64,000 nt of DNA from Octopus sinensis (GCF_006345805.1 NC_042999.1:82088001-82152000), one strand, 5' to 3'. Counted from the first letter of the stretch, positions 13,215 through 26,971 are shown. Translations and numbers: made by a program. Notes: generated from the letters alone by a model not told the origin.

Positions 13215-14088
13215 TTACATATATATATGTATGTGCGTTTATAGTGCGTGCGTGCGTGTATATGCATGCTTATACCCGAACACATATATTCTTCTCAGAC
13301 ACTATCTACTTCAGTTAAGGTTGGGCACAGCATATATTTGAGAAATGCGTGGGAGTAAGAAGTAATGTAAGGAGACAAGATTACTTCAGAATTCATGGAT
13401 GTGAGACGGTGAAACATCTTATCCACATTAAGTATTAGTAATCTGCTATACATTAATCTTACTAAAAACAACTAACATATAGATGTGTATAACCTGAAAA
13501 AGAAAGCTTGGTTTTGTTTCATTCTTAAATAAAGATATTAAAGTGCATACAAATTTTAATAGCATGTTTAGCAACGAACAAACGACCAATGTTTGCGGGT
13601 AAATGGAAAAAATTATGAATAATGGGTATGTTATGTTTATGGTATTCCCTTGGGGCAATAGCTTCAAGTATGTTGCTTTTTAGATTCCTTGGAGCTTTGA
13701 GTAAGAAAACGTTTGCCACACACATATTTGACAAACTGGTTTTTGATTGTGTAAAATTGTCTGTTTTACACTCCTTCTTGTAAACAGTAGATTCGTTATC
13801 ATGTGTTCTAAAAATTAATGTGTACTTCTGCCAAACATTTTCTAGACCGTGGCTGCAAGGCATTTCAATGTAGAAAATGGAAATAAATTGAACACGGAAC
13901 AGTATAAATACTGTTTGGTTGTTATATCTTTTAAATTGCATTTCCTCCATATTAACATCTATTTTGTACAAAAATACATAGTTGTGGCATTCATAGTTTT
14001 CCCTAAGATTTAATTATCCAGAAAACCTAGAAAACGCTGAACTTGTAGAATTAAAATTAGCATTCCACTCGTTAATACATTGTCTTTA

Positions 14089-14089
14089 A

Positions 14090-14120
<31 letters not shown>

Positions 14121-14132
14121 GTATATATATAT

Positions 14133-14197
<65 letters not shown>

Positions 14198-14255
14198 TAT
14201 ATAATATATATATATATATAAATATACATATATATATAAATATATATATATATAT
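14089..14255. repeat. (AT)n microsatellite
   Basis: Direct reading. Confidence 0.95.
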
Positions 14256-14650
14256 AACTTACTTGGAAGGGGATGCGTGGTGTTCGATGATATAATAACA
14301 AAATGATATATAAGACATATGCATATATACATACATCTATATGTATATATATATGCATATATGGGTACAGGGCATAAAAAAACGTTGAACACAATGAGAA
14401 ACGAAAACATAAAACAAAAACATGGAAACGGACATTTTTCAAATAACGAAAAAACAGAGTACAAGACATACAACGCAAGGAATATTCCCCTTCTTCAGTT
14501 GCCTCTGTTTCTGCTGTTTTCCGCGTAAGTTAATAAACTGTGATAAGTGAAAATATTGTAAATATAGTTACAAGTTTACACCGTGTACTGACTATACAAA
14601 ATAGTCTAATATTAAGGAATATAAACCCCCGACGGAAAAGAATGGATATT

Positions 14651-14712
14651 AGTACGCATGGGAGTCGAACCTCCCCTCTTACCTTCGCGATCATTGTGCT
14701 GACCGATTACAT
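14651..14712 (-). pseudogene. Degenerate tRNA-like sequence (tRNA pseudogene or isolated SINE head)
   Basis: Minus strand tgtaatcggtcagcac (D-arm/A-box-like) and ggttcgactccc (T-arm/B-box); no clean acceptor stem. Confidence 0.35.
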
Positions 14713-15134
14713 TATTCATTATTCGTATATATTATTCGTATATAGTATTCCAATGGTATACAATTCCATAACTCCAACAACCACACGCCCCCGATGAGAA
14801 CGATGCCATGAAAAGTTTGTATTGTTACCTAAAATCCACTTAGTGCCCATTTTGAAACAGCTGTAGTGATCGACCACTTTCATTGTTTTAATTTACACAC
14901 ATAACTATCGCATAGTCAGTAAGATTTTCTGCTTTTAGCATCTATCATCGGAATATTTTGTCTAATCTTTATACAGGACGAAGTGTATCAGATGCATTGA
15001 TTAATGAAATTTATTGATCAATTATTGATTTATTTCTCTTTTCTATCCAACATTGTTTATACTAGATATTTAACAATTGTTTTTACCAATATTGATTGAT
15101 TTATCCTACTATATTATTATTATATTATTACGAA

Positions 15135-15370
15135 GGCGTCACGCTAGCACAGTCGTTTGCACACCGGGCAAAATGCTTAGTGGCATATTGTCCGTGTATA
15201 CGCTTTGAGTCCAAATGCCACAGAGGCCGACTTTGCATTTCACTCTTTTGCAGCCGATTAAATAAGTACCAGTTGAAGACTAGTTGGGAGAGTGCGAGTG
15301 AGTCTGTTCCTCTTCACTCTTCAAAGCTGCATCAGTTCTTGTTAGAAGTATTGTCTCCGTGCATAAAACA
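15135..15370 (+). mobile_element. SINE family B, degenerate
   Basis: caccgggcaaaatgcttag...gactttgcatttca...aaataagtaccagtt. Confidence 0.75.
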
Positions 15371-17464
15371 GTACATAGTTAGGGACGTTTTACCTCAGAT
15401 TTCCAGACTTTAAGCTAATTATGAGATTTTTTCCCCCAAAATACTGACTAATATAATACAGATAATGACGTATACCGCAGTGATGCTATATATACTCGAG
15501 TATAACAACGTAAATATTACTAATAATAGTGTGTTGTGTTCATAAAGGCATAATAATAGCGATTCACCTAATATGGGAAATAATAACTATTAGAACAGTA
15601 CTCACATGAATAAGAATACTATTAGTGAAATGGTGAAACCTCAGCCAGGTTCGAAAACAACACAAGGATATGTTAAACCCTATAGATGGGAATGCGATTA
15701 CATGTACGTTTAAGTATAAAAATAGACTCCAGGACTGCCCTCATAAGCCGTACTGGGCATATTGATAGTCCAGAAAACATACCTCCACACAATAAAATTA
15801 GAAAGCCTTTATTTAAATGTGATAACTGTGAATCGATTACTATTCATCGTATCTCCCATGAAAGCAGGGGAATATGTACATTAATAATTAGCCGCTCCAA
15901 CACTAACAAAAATAAAACTTTTGGAAAAAATTACATAAGAGAAATATAATACGGTTTACCCTCCCCATTCTGAAATTAATATAGCTTAAGCATGTCTGAA
16001 ATTTTGGCTTTGGAAAAACATTTTCCAAAGCTTTATGGCTTTGGAAAAAACATTTTTACCCCTTTAGTAAGTATAGTAAAATCTTTACTTTGCACACCCT
16101 GCCGTTTGAATCTCTTTTTAGGCCTAACGTACCTCTGAACATTGTAGCTAAAAACAATAGGACATTAATATTAGTCACGTAACTTTAGATTTTCGTGTAG
16201 TAAATATTATATCTCTATCTATTGTAAAGGGTATAAGGACTCTAATGTCCTCTCACAGTAATAACGATACAAATTTTTGCAATACTAAACGTAAAAGTGT
16301 AACTGAATGAATCAAGATTCATTTTTTAAAGAAATAATAACCTGGATGTAACATTTTATTAATGTTCTGTTAAAATCACAGTTACAGTGCATTATTACAT
16401 TTTCAGGTTTAGACTACATAACCATATCCGAACATTTAACAATACGAGAAAGCACTGCCTACCCCACTTGCTAAGTATATCTGAGATCTCAAAGACCGAC
16501 TTTGGGCTATTCATTTTCCTGGTCAATCTTACGTTACTTTCGCATAAAGTGCTTGGAGTAGCCGCAACATGTGTTCTTTTAAAGTATTTAAATTTCTCAG
16601 GTATAGGGTAGGTTTAATTAATAAGAGTAATTAGTTATTAATCCATTGTTTCCCTAAATTCAACAGAATTTTAAAGAAAATTCTGTTTAGCAAACACATA
16701 ATTATAATGAAGTAATAAATAGCATTCAAAATCTTTGCGTTACTTCAACTTAAGCACAGATGATATAATTTGAAATTTACTCCAAATTTAAACAATTTTT
16801 TCATGTATAATTAATTATAATTAATCATTTATTTCTTAACGAACGACTTAATTTCAACTCTGACTGATTTAATAATAAGGAGCTACAATCATGTTAGTTT
16901 TTAGAGTTATACTGTGTTTGTCCAAATCATTTCTATACCTCAAATTTCTTTTTAATAATTTTACAAGCATATTAATACTTCTTTCAAAATTATAGCAATA
17001 AACTGTTGACTCTTTGCAAATATTCATCCTATCTCCTAGCCTGCTTATTTCTGCACTAGTATTTATATCTATACCTCCATCCATCTATACTTTCATACAC
17101 ACACCACACACACACACACACATATGTAAACATATGTCTGTCTGTCTGTGTCTATGTATGTATGCATGCATGTATGTATACCATTTATTTCTAATTTCCT
17201 AAATTAGTCGGCTACTGACCCATTGATTAAGATATACCTAACGAAAGCATGTTAGGTGACACCTTATCAATACATTACCTCTTCTTGAATATTTGCTCAG
17301 ATAGTGTGAAACGTAGCAAGTTTATTTATTACTATGACAGTATAAACCCCACCCTGCTCACTACATTTATTCGACCAGTTTGGCTATGTAAGAAAGCACT
17401 GCATTGATGAATTGATGAAATAACGGGTGAAAAATTTAATCTTATGCTATGGACATAAATAAGG

Positions 17465-17517
<53 letters not shown>

Positions 17518-17547
17518 TGTATGTATGTGTGTACATGTGTACATGTA

Positions 17548-17583
<36 letters not shown>

Positions 17584-17790
17584 TAAATATGTATATATAT
17601 ATATATATATATATAAGCGAGAAAGAAGCAACAAGAATGGATATTCTATCCATTCTTGTTGCTTCTTTCTCGCTTATAATCACCCCACATTACTGTATTG
17701 TTAAATCAGTATTGTTTTTTTTTGGTGCATCTAAGTTAGGTACCATATTCAAGTAAATTTTTTAAATTAACTTGAATCTTTATTGCTCTT

Positions 17791-17857
<67 letters not shown>

Positions 17858-17861
<4 letters not shown>

Positions 17862-18045
17862 GAAGGAGCTTCTACAGGACTAGAACTGTTTCATGCAGAT
17901 GAAATCTTCAGGAAGCTCCTGAAGATTTCATATGAATGAAACAGTTCTTGTCCTGTAGAAGCTCCTTCTATAAAATAAATTACTTTACTCTGCTATGTAT
18001 TGAGTACCTTATTTACTGTGGTTAACTCCGACTCAACCCGGGACC

Positions 18046-18048
<3 letters not shown>
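17858..18048 (+). mobile_element. Fold-back element FB1, copy 1 (PLE pLTR-like), in (TA)n
   Basis: Near-perfect palindrome 17858-17972 plus a unique 3' tail ending ggacctac; second copy at 39871-40060. Confidence 0.75.
17911..17965 (+). ncRNA. Type I hammerhead ribozyme-like motif (FB1 copy 1)
   Basis: CTGAAGA 17919-17925; stem II ttc/gaa; GAAA 17938-17941; stem III cag/ctg; GTA site; stem I ggaagctc/gaagctcc with bulges. Confidence 0.55.
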
Positions 18049-18121
<73 letters not shown>

Positions 18122-18139
18122 ATAACTGTGTGTATATTT

Positions 18140-18415
18140 TTCAATGCGTACGTATAATAAGGAAAACAAAGAAATAGTAACCAGGGTAGCAAAAATTCAC
18201 ATAAGCGGCAAAGATATTACAGACTAATTATAAAGGTAGAAATTCTAGGGTTAAGTGATAAGTTTTTGTATAACACAAAGGAATTAAGAAATGGAGTCAA
18301 ACGTAGATGTTATTCAAATCATTTATACTTTCAACATATGTTTCGAAAAAAGCATTGAGATCGGTATAATATCAATGCTTTTTTCGAAACATATCTTGGA
18401 ATGATTGGAATAACA
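18140..18415 (-). mobile_element. Fold-back element FB4 with 23-bp perfect inverted repeat
   Basis: Arms 18336-18358 and 18372-18394, 13-nt loop; the minus strand carries cgaaa-catatg-tt-gaaag, a hammerhead 3' half. Confidence 0.5.
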
Positions 18416-18459
18416 CATGCATTAATTTATTCACACATACACACACACATATAAATATA

Positions 18460-18830
18460 GGCGCAGGAGTGCCTTTGTGGTAAGAAGCTTGCTCCACAGC
18501 CGCATGGTATGGGGTTCTGTCCCACTGCGTAGCACCTTGGGCAAGTGGCTTCTACATACGAGTGGATTTGGTTGACAGAAAATGAAAAAAGCCCGTCGTA
18601 TACATGTGTGTGAGTATTTTTGTGTCTGTCTATGTTTTTGTGTCTGTATTTGTCCCCCATCACAGCTGCATATCCGGTGTCGGTGTATTTACGTCCCGGT
18701 AACTTAGCACTTCGGCAAAATAGAGCGATAGAGTAAGTACCACGCTTAAAAATAAGAACTGGCGGCCGATTCATTCGACTAAAAATCCAAGGTGGCGCTC
18801 CAGCATGGCTGAAACAAGTAAATGACAAAA
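18460..18830 (+). mobile_element. SINE family A
   Basis: ggcgcaggagtg..gtggtaagaagcttgc...ggcgctccagcatggctgaaacaagtaaa. Confidence 0.85.
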
Positions 18831-19152
18831 TTTAAAATATATATATATCTATATGTGTATGCATACATGTGCATATACTATGTTCATTAAAACCAGTGGG
18901 TTCATCTGTTTATTAGAATCATTCTCTCTATATATTCTCACTTGGATTACTTATAACCACATCGCCGACTTGGTCCTCGGTAAAGGTATGAGAGCGTAAG
19001 TTAAGTTCGAATCATTTGAGCGCTACTAAGTGCTTTATATACAGAAATTCTCTCGTCCTCACTTGCTGCTTCTGAGTTTGTATGCGTCGTGTGTGTGTGT
19101 ATGTGTTTTTTTTTTGTGCGTGCATGCGTTTTATATGTATGGTGATATATAT

Positions 19153-19380
19153 CGGCGAGCTAGCAGAATCGTTAGCGCGCCGGGCGAAATGCGTAGCCGT
19201 ATTTCGTCTGCCGTTACATTCTGAGTTCAAATTCCGCCGAGGTCGACTTTGCCTTTCATCCTTTCGGGGTCGATAAATTAAGTACCAGTTACGCACTGGG
19301 ATCGATGTAATTGACTTAATCCGTTTGTCTATCCTTGCTTCTCCCCTCTGTGTTTAGCCCCTTGTGGGTAGTAAAGAAAT
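19153..19380 (+). mobile_element. SINE family B, young-looking full copy
   Basis: cggcgagctagcagaatcgttagcgcgccgggcgaaatgcg...gtgggtagtaaagaaat. Confidence 0.9.
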
Positions 19381-20140
19381 ATATATACATAATCATGTTG
19401 AAATATTCGTAATCATGCAAAAGTGAAATAAATACAAACAGGATTCCAGGCCTGATTTGATCACCTGTTTAGATATTTAATCTCATTCCTCCATTTCTTT
19501 TTATAGAAGGTGGATGCAGACTGGAAATAACACTGAAGAGATAGCATTTTAATGAAGAAAATTTCTATGAAGCATGAAAAGGAATGTAGCGAATGATTTC
19601 GGAAATATTGAGGAGACATAGGGAAAACAACATTGGTTTAGCTATATTCGTCTACCTACATATCCTTGTGGATGTGCATTTAAAGAAACAAAACTCAGTA
19701 TCAATGGGTGTAACATAATCCCAAATTTTAAACTGTATGTGTTTACATTTACACTTATATAGGCACATAAATATATATATGTGCACATATATATATACAA
19801 GCTATGAATACAATGAGGTGTTTTCCTGTACACTTGCATTCATATATTCTTACGTACACTCTCACGAACATGCGTATATACACAGAAATTTCTATATACA
19901 CATCTCCATCACGAACCTGTTGATGCCTAAAATCGAAAGAAAGAGCTCTGTTTCTGATTTAGAAAGTGAATGATTCGTTGTGAGAAAAAAAAAAAAAGAA
20001 AATTAAAAACACTGCAGATGAACATGCATACAAAACATATATGTAGGCAGATTTACAAACATTCATACATAAATATATACATATCTCTACGCATACATAC
20101 AGGTACATACATGCTAAGATACATGTACATAGTCATACAT

Positions 20141-20217
<77 letters not shown>

Positions 20218-20870
20218 TGCATGAAGACAAACTTTGCATCCATATTGCAGACTTGTGGAGCCAGGAAATGCTCTGTAGTCGGTAAGCAAAGTCTTTTCTC
20301 TTTAGATCAATGAGAAAATGTCAAAATTTTGTTGAATATTTGCATTTTTACTTGATTTTTAAATTTATTGTTATTTTTTTTTTAGTAATTTTGTGATTAT
20401 CGTTTTCTTATTTTCTGCAATGTCATTGTTTTAAACATTTCCATTCCAGAGATATCGGGAAAAAAAATGATTGATTCTTTCTATGATTCCTTTATTCTCA
20501 CATATTTCATATTTGTTTTTTTTTTATTACTCTGCATTTTATTTGTTCTGCATTTTTATTACCGTTGTTATTGATGTGTTTTGTTGTTACTTTTAATACT
20601 TGAGAATTATCATAAGTTTGAAGTTTATTTTTATAATCTGGTTCCAGGAAAGACTTTCGACATTCTTTCATTGGAAATGTATTCCTTAATTTCTTCTTTT
20701 ATCTTCTTGCATTTCTATCCATTATTTTCTCTTTTCTCCTTTTTCTTTCAGTTTCTACACAATTGACTTTAAAAATATTTGTTTCAAAGATGCTTGACAG
20801 CATATTGGAGTTGATATTTTATCTTATTCCAATAGATTATTCATAAATTCATACTTTATATATACTTTCA

Positions 20871-20926
<56 letters not shown>

Positions 20927-21539
20927 CTTGTATATATATATATACATATATATACATAGATATATACATAAATATACATATATATATATACGCAAAACAC
21001 ACATAATATATTTACATATGTATATATATACACATGCACACACATATATATATATATATATACATACGTACATACATGCATACACACACATATATGTATC
21101 CATGTGTATACATGAATATTAGCACACGCGCATTCACGCAAATACAGGTAATATGCGTATTTATGTCTATATGCTCATATGAATGAAGATAAGTATTTAT
21201 TTAACCGAATATACGTTATGCGGGATCAATTGCTTCACATTTCGTGATCAGATATGTCTGTTAACAGATGATCTGCATTTCGATTTCAAACTAGTGATAA
21301 ACCGGATTAGTGACATCAATACATCACCTAAGAGCATTACACCCATCACACGTACTCACGCATGCATACCTCAAACATAAAGAATATACGCATGTGTGTG
21401 TGTGTGTTTGTGTGTGTGTGCGTAAGCTAATATGCACCATACACGAAGCAAAAACACAGAGAAGCACAAAGACTACTAAATAAACGTATTAATATATAAA
21501 AGGACGTGCATACAGATAAACATACCTGTATGTATATAG

Positions 21540-21876
21540 GCGTAGGAGTGATTTCGTAGTAAGTAGCTTGCTTACGAAAAACATGGTTTCGGTTTCAGTG
21601 ACAGAGCGGTCGTAGGATCGCGGTTTCGATTCCCAGACCGAACGTTGTGATTGTTTATTGAGCGAAAACATTTAAACCTTCACGAGGCTCCGGCAGGGAT
21701 GGTGGCGATCCCTGCTGTACTCTTTGTCACAACTTCCTCTCGCATGTTCTTCTGTTGGCCTGTTCGCTTAGCCAGCGGGCTGGCGTCATTTGAAGGCTAA
21801 AACAATGCGAAGCGCATTGTGACCAGCGATGTGTAACAACATCTGAGAGCCTAGTCGGTGACAGTGATCACGGTGA
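21540..21876 (+). mobile_element. SINE A head (21540-21599) fused to a different tRNA-headed SINE (21600-21876)
   Basis: gtagtaagtagcttgcttac head, then ggatcgcggtttcgattcccagaccg (B-box-like) and tail gcattgtgaccagcgatgtgtaacaacatc. Confidence 0.6.
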
Positions 21877-21921
21877 TATATATATGTATATATATATATA
21901 TTATATATATATATATATATA

Positions 21922-22200
21922 TACAGGTATCAAAAAGATCCCGGACCAGTTCTCTGGCGCGCCGACAGATGGCAGCACACGGTTGCTGCACAGTGGGAGC
22001 TAGCGGTAACCTTTGTGAGTCTGTGTACTGAATGACATCACTGTGTTTACTTCGCAGCTTGTAATATTTGTGAGTTTGTAATCACGCACCTGGTGTAGTC
22101 TGTGACTTTTTATTTAATCATAGACAGGAATTTGGAACAAAGAGCCAACGAGAAGTTTTGCGTTAAACTTCAGAAATCTGCTACAGAGACATTATACATA
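21922..22200 (+). mobile_element. Mariner-type transposon 5' end with N-terminal HTH coding relic
   Basis: TIR-like tacaggtatcaaaaagatcccggac after (TA)n; from 22120 translates (I)DRNLEQRANEKFCVKLQKSATETL, matching mariner EQRANIKFCVKLGKSATET. Confidence 0.75.
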
Positions 22201-22439
22201 CCAAAGCTTCTGAGCACAATCGGGTGGACATCCTTGAACACATACACAATCGCTACTACGATAAAGGTGAGGCTTTTGGGAGAAGACATTCACAGAAAAG
22301 TGATTCACAGTCAGTGAGATACTGGCAGTCAAACACAATTGGGTGGAGATCTGTGAAAGCTTACTCTAGCGCTACACCGATAAAGAGCGAAGCTTTTAAG
22401 AGAAAATATTCACAGAAAAGGAGCTGCTTGAAGATTTTC

Positions 22440-22656
22440 TCAAGGACACAATGACAAAAGCATGCGCAATGTTTCGGATACGTCTTGAGACTGTGGTGGA
22501 AGCCGAGAGCGTTTGCTCTGAGTAAGCTGTTACCTCCCAGTTATCATCTACTTATATTATTTTATGCTTTTTAAAATACTTTTGTTTTCAGTTGAGATAT
22601 TGTTTTCTCTTTTCCTTTTATGCAAACTGTCAAATTTAGTCAAAACGACCTGTGTA
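22440..22656 (+). mobile_element. Tc1-like transposase C-terminus and 3' end
   Basis: KDTMTKACAMFRIRLETVVEAESVCSE* resembles Tc1-family AC..FR.RIEAVVEAEG..IE*; ends ...cctgtgTA. Confidence 0.5.
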
Positions 22657-22682
22657 TATGTGTGTGTGTGTATGTATATATG

Positions 22683-22724
<42 letters not shown>

Positions 22725-22789
22725 TATATATATATATATATATGAGTGTATGTATGTATGTATGTATGTATGTATCATGTATGTATACG

Positions 22790-23083
22790 ATGGACTCGCC
22801 CGTCAAGTGCGACGTATGAGTGCTCAGCTTTTGCCAAACGACCTGCACAAATGATTTGTTTACAAAGATAAAATTTTCATGCCACATGTTGGCTCAGTCT
22901 CTCCATCAAATCGCTGTTACCCAAACAGGTGCGTGGTATATTACGCGTCAGTTGTCGAAGGGATCGCAGAGAAAGGTAGGTGAGACGAAATGTTTTACTC
23001 AAGAACACAACACACCACTCGGTCTAGAAATTGAGATTTCAATCGATACATAGTGAGTGTAACACACTAACCAGCAGGTCATG

Positions 23084-23084
<1 letters not shown>
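22790..23084 (-). mobile_element. SINE family C, degenerate
   Basis: tactcaagaacacaacac core shared with 32781-33114. Confidence 0.6.
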
Positions 23085-23166
<82 letters not shown>

Positions 23167-23599
23167 GCACGCACACACACACACATATATATAATGTAAT
23201 TAAGGAGAAAAATGTCCCTGATCATGGTATTTTCAAGAGTCAATCCTTTGCCTTAGTTTAACAGGTAAAGGTCAAATACTGGTTATTGTCTGACTGGGGA
23301 AAATGCAGATGAATCACGTGTAATAACCGAAAATTACCAGGTATATATTCCTCATAGCTGAATAAAGAGAAACATTGACGAAGAAGCATAACAGATCGCC
23401 TACCATGAGATAGGTCAATGTCTTACTCTGTCGTGTGAATACTGTAAACACGAATATACAAATGCGAGAATACTTAACTCAGAATAACTATATATTATAT
23501 ATCAATGCACATACGCATATGCATACATCTATTCATCTGTGCGTATATCTGTGTATGAGTTACATATTATAAATATATAAACAATCATATGTATACGTT

Positions 23600-23637
<38 letters not shown>

Positions 23638-23641
23638 ATAT

Positions 23642-23676
<35 letters not shown>

Positions 23677-24756
23677 TTGTATTGCTTGACAGGTTGCCAA
23701 GCTTCAGTTAACAATAAATGAATAAATAATGTTTACATCTAGTCTTTATTTCTGTTTCATTTGCAAAGGACAATACGCACTCGCACGCATGCACACAGAC
23801 GTATAGTAACACAAATACATAAAGAAAAACATCTATCCATGCATATAGGTACGTATATATAAACGCACGACCGCGCACACATACACACGCACGCATACAC
23901 AGACACAAACACATACAAACACGCGCATATTCACTCACACATATCGTTTTTCTATTCGTTTGCTATTTTCTCCCCGTATGTAACCTATATGCAATTCCTC
24001 AATTATTTAATTTTTTCTTCTCTTTTTGGCACCGTCCCATTTATATTTTTATGCCCTCCATCTCTCTGTATCTGTCTTCTCTCGCTCTCTCTCTCTCTCT
24101 CACAAACAAATACACACGCACACACACGCAAAATCACATACCCATAGTGGCACATACATAGACTAAAAGGTAAATACTCTGATACATACACATGGACAAA
24201 TGACAGGCACAGATATATCTGCTGTTTCTCTTTGTTGTTCTTTCTGATGCTCACATCATTTTCACATCATTTTCGCATACATTTTACATGCATTTCCACA
24301 TTACTCCTACTTGTCATACTGTGTCTCAGATACAGAGACACACAAAACTTTGCCTCCTTTAAAATCTTCCTCTCCTTTTCCATCTTTCTCTTTTCCTCTA
24401 TCGCTCTTACTAATGGCCGCCCAGATTTTCTCTCCTCATATATCGCTCTACAATCTAACAACAATACCTGCAACTATCCAACATAAATTCAGTATATCAT
24501 GATCCCATATTGGCTATCCAAGATACAATGCTACGAATACAGCTCATTTGACTAAATTTTTATTCGAGAATATTCGATATGTTGTTTGAAGATTCATCGT
24601 GAGAACAGTACAATATTGACTAAATATAATTGCTTGCTTCAAAACATATCAAGATCTCCTTCCTTTTTATGGACCAAAGTAGTCCTATCTATTGATATCA
24701 CTCTATCTATATGTCTATCTATAGATAGATACTAATATAGATAGATATATGTGTGC

Positions 24757-24816
<60 letters not shown>

Positions 24817-25114
24817 CGAGAGAGAGGTATATATATCTTTAAATATACATTTATACACACATACAAATATATGTATACACATACTGTCATACACGTAAGC
24901 AATATATATATATACAAGCATATATTTACTCACACGCACACTTACACACGCAATACACACACATATATTAGTGTTCTATTTGTGTGCGCATCTATGGATC
25001 TCTCTGTGTCAGTGCCTAAAATGTCTGACAGTTTTGACGGGAGAAGTAGACAGGAAAGTAGTACACGAGGAGAAATGTGCAGTCGCAACAGTTGTACAGC
25101 TGTAGAAAATCAAC

Positions 25115-25475
25115 TACTGCTACTATTGCTGCTGCTGCTGCTGTTGCTCCTACTACCACCACCACTAATACTACTACTATTACTACTGCCACTACTGCTA
25201 CTGAAGTTAATAATACTTCTACCGCTGCTGCCGCTTTTTCCACTGGTGCTTCTACTGCTGCTGCTACTGGTGATGTGCTACAAAAGTAGTGCTCCTGCCA
25301 TTGCAACTGCTACTACTTTTACTTACACCACAATTACTTTTACAACTGCCGCTGCTGTTACTGCTGCTGTGCTACAGCTTGTGATGTTAACGGTGGTATT
25401 AGAAAGATGGTGCTGCTGTTCAGTTGCTGCAGTTGCTACTACTTCCTCTCCTACTGCTGTAGCCACTACTACTCG
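25115..25475. repeat. Degenerate (CTA/CTG)n trinucleotide tract
   Basis: Direct reading; produces poly-Leu/Thr/Ala pseudo-ORFs. Confidence 0.85.
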
Positions 25476-26039
25476 TGAATACTGAAGGAAGGGAATATAT
25501 AAGAAAGAGAAAGATTTCGCAACAGATAGGAAGTGGGTTATGTCTGACTAACATCTTCAAATAAATTAATTTTTGTTTTCAGCTCAGATATGGCGTCGCA
25601 AGTACTCGAAGGCATATTTGGTCTAGTATCCAGATATATCTGATTCAAAATACAGGTCAACTTAATTGAGTGCATGTAAAAATTAAGCGATGTACATGGA
25701 TAGAATAAGCTTCCTGTTTGAGAGTCCTTGTTCTGCTATGTTCTGAAATTGTAAAGTGGGTGGCCGAGGAAATAGGTATTAAACATGAGTCTTATTTTTC
25801 TCGCGTACCTTCTTCTGTTCCAACTATAAACATGTTTAATATGAAAATAAATCACTATTAGATTGTTTAGACGCATGTAATCAAATTTTAAGTGTTATAT
25901 ATCTTTTCCCCCATTATCAATTCTCATAGTGCTTACACATGCATGCACACATACGTGAACATATATACACACGCGCAAAATAGTTTCGTATTTTGGTAAC
26001 AGGCCATAAATTTTGGGGGAAGGATTCAGACGATATCAT

Positions 26040-26165
26040 CGACCCTACTGCTACATTTTCTCTCAGCATGAGAGGACGAAAAGCAAAGTCGAGTTTGGTA
26101 GAATTTGAGCTCAGAACGTAAAACCAGAAGAAAAGCCTCTACGCATTTTGTCTGGCGCCGTAACT
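26040..26165 (-). mobile_element. SINE family B fragment
   Basis: aaagtcgagtttggtagaatttgagctcagaacgta is the reverse complement of the family B core. Confidence 0.7.
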
Positions 26166-26922
26166 ATTCTGTCTATATTGTACATATGTACATATAATCC
26201 TATACACCGAGTTCCTCATTTCCGAGCCTGTTCTTTTCATATTCACTGTCTGAATATGTTTTGAAATATGAAATAAAAGTTTGAAGGAAACGTTTATCGT
26301 TATGTTTTTTCGTTAAATACGTTTTTGAAGAACTTGTGTGAAAACGGCAGCTGCAAGCTTATGCTTTTTATTTCATTTCTGATTTTCATGAGAACTATCC
26401 ACTGGGCAGTAACCGTCTGGCAAAGTCAAAGGTATAAAGAATTAAGGTTGAATAAAACAGCAGTGATCAAACTAAAACACATTTGGCAACAGAATTTACG
26501 TTCAAAGTACATCATTACAAGCATAAGCATACATTTCTCAACCCGACAGAAAATTTCCTACGGCTTTGTCGAAGTTTATATGATGCTTGCATGAGACAAG
26601 TTCTCACGAATTCAGAATTACCTGGTCTGTTGTAGATAATGTGCAACTAAATCAAAGATGTGGTGTAATCTTTGTTTGCGCAAAAAATTGAGAATTTTTA
26701 CTCAAGGCAATAATAGTTTGAACAAAAGAAATGAACTGTTAACGCCTTGTATACATACGGCAAAGTACCTTTTATGCAAATACAAACCTTGAATTTCGAA
26801 TCATTAAAAAAAAATAATAATTTGGTTTTCGAAATGTTTAATTAATAGGTTTAATTACTATATGTTTCGATATGTGTGTCCGTGTCTGTATGTGAGTATA
26901 TGACTATAAGCATGTTTGTATT

Positions 26923-26971
<49 letters not shown>

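Noticed and set aside
24871-25485. 204-aa ORF with poly-Leu, and overlapping Thr/Ala-rich ORFs
   Set aside because: Built on a degenerate (CTA/CTG)n tract open in several frames; no domain or splice support.
25583-25655. Candidate exon after ttttgttttcag
   Set aside because: Weak donor (ag|gtcaac), two of three frames stop, peptide unrecognised.
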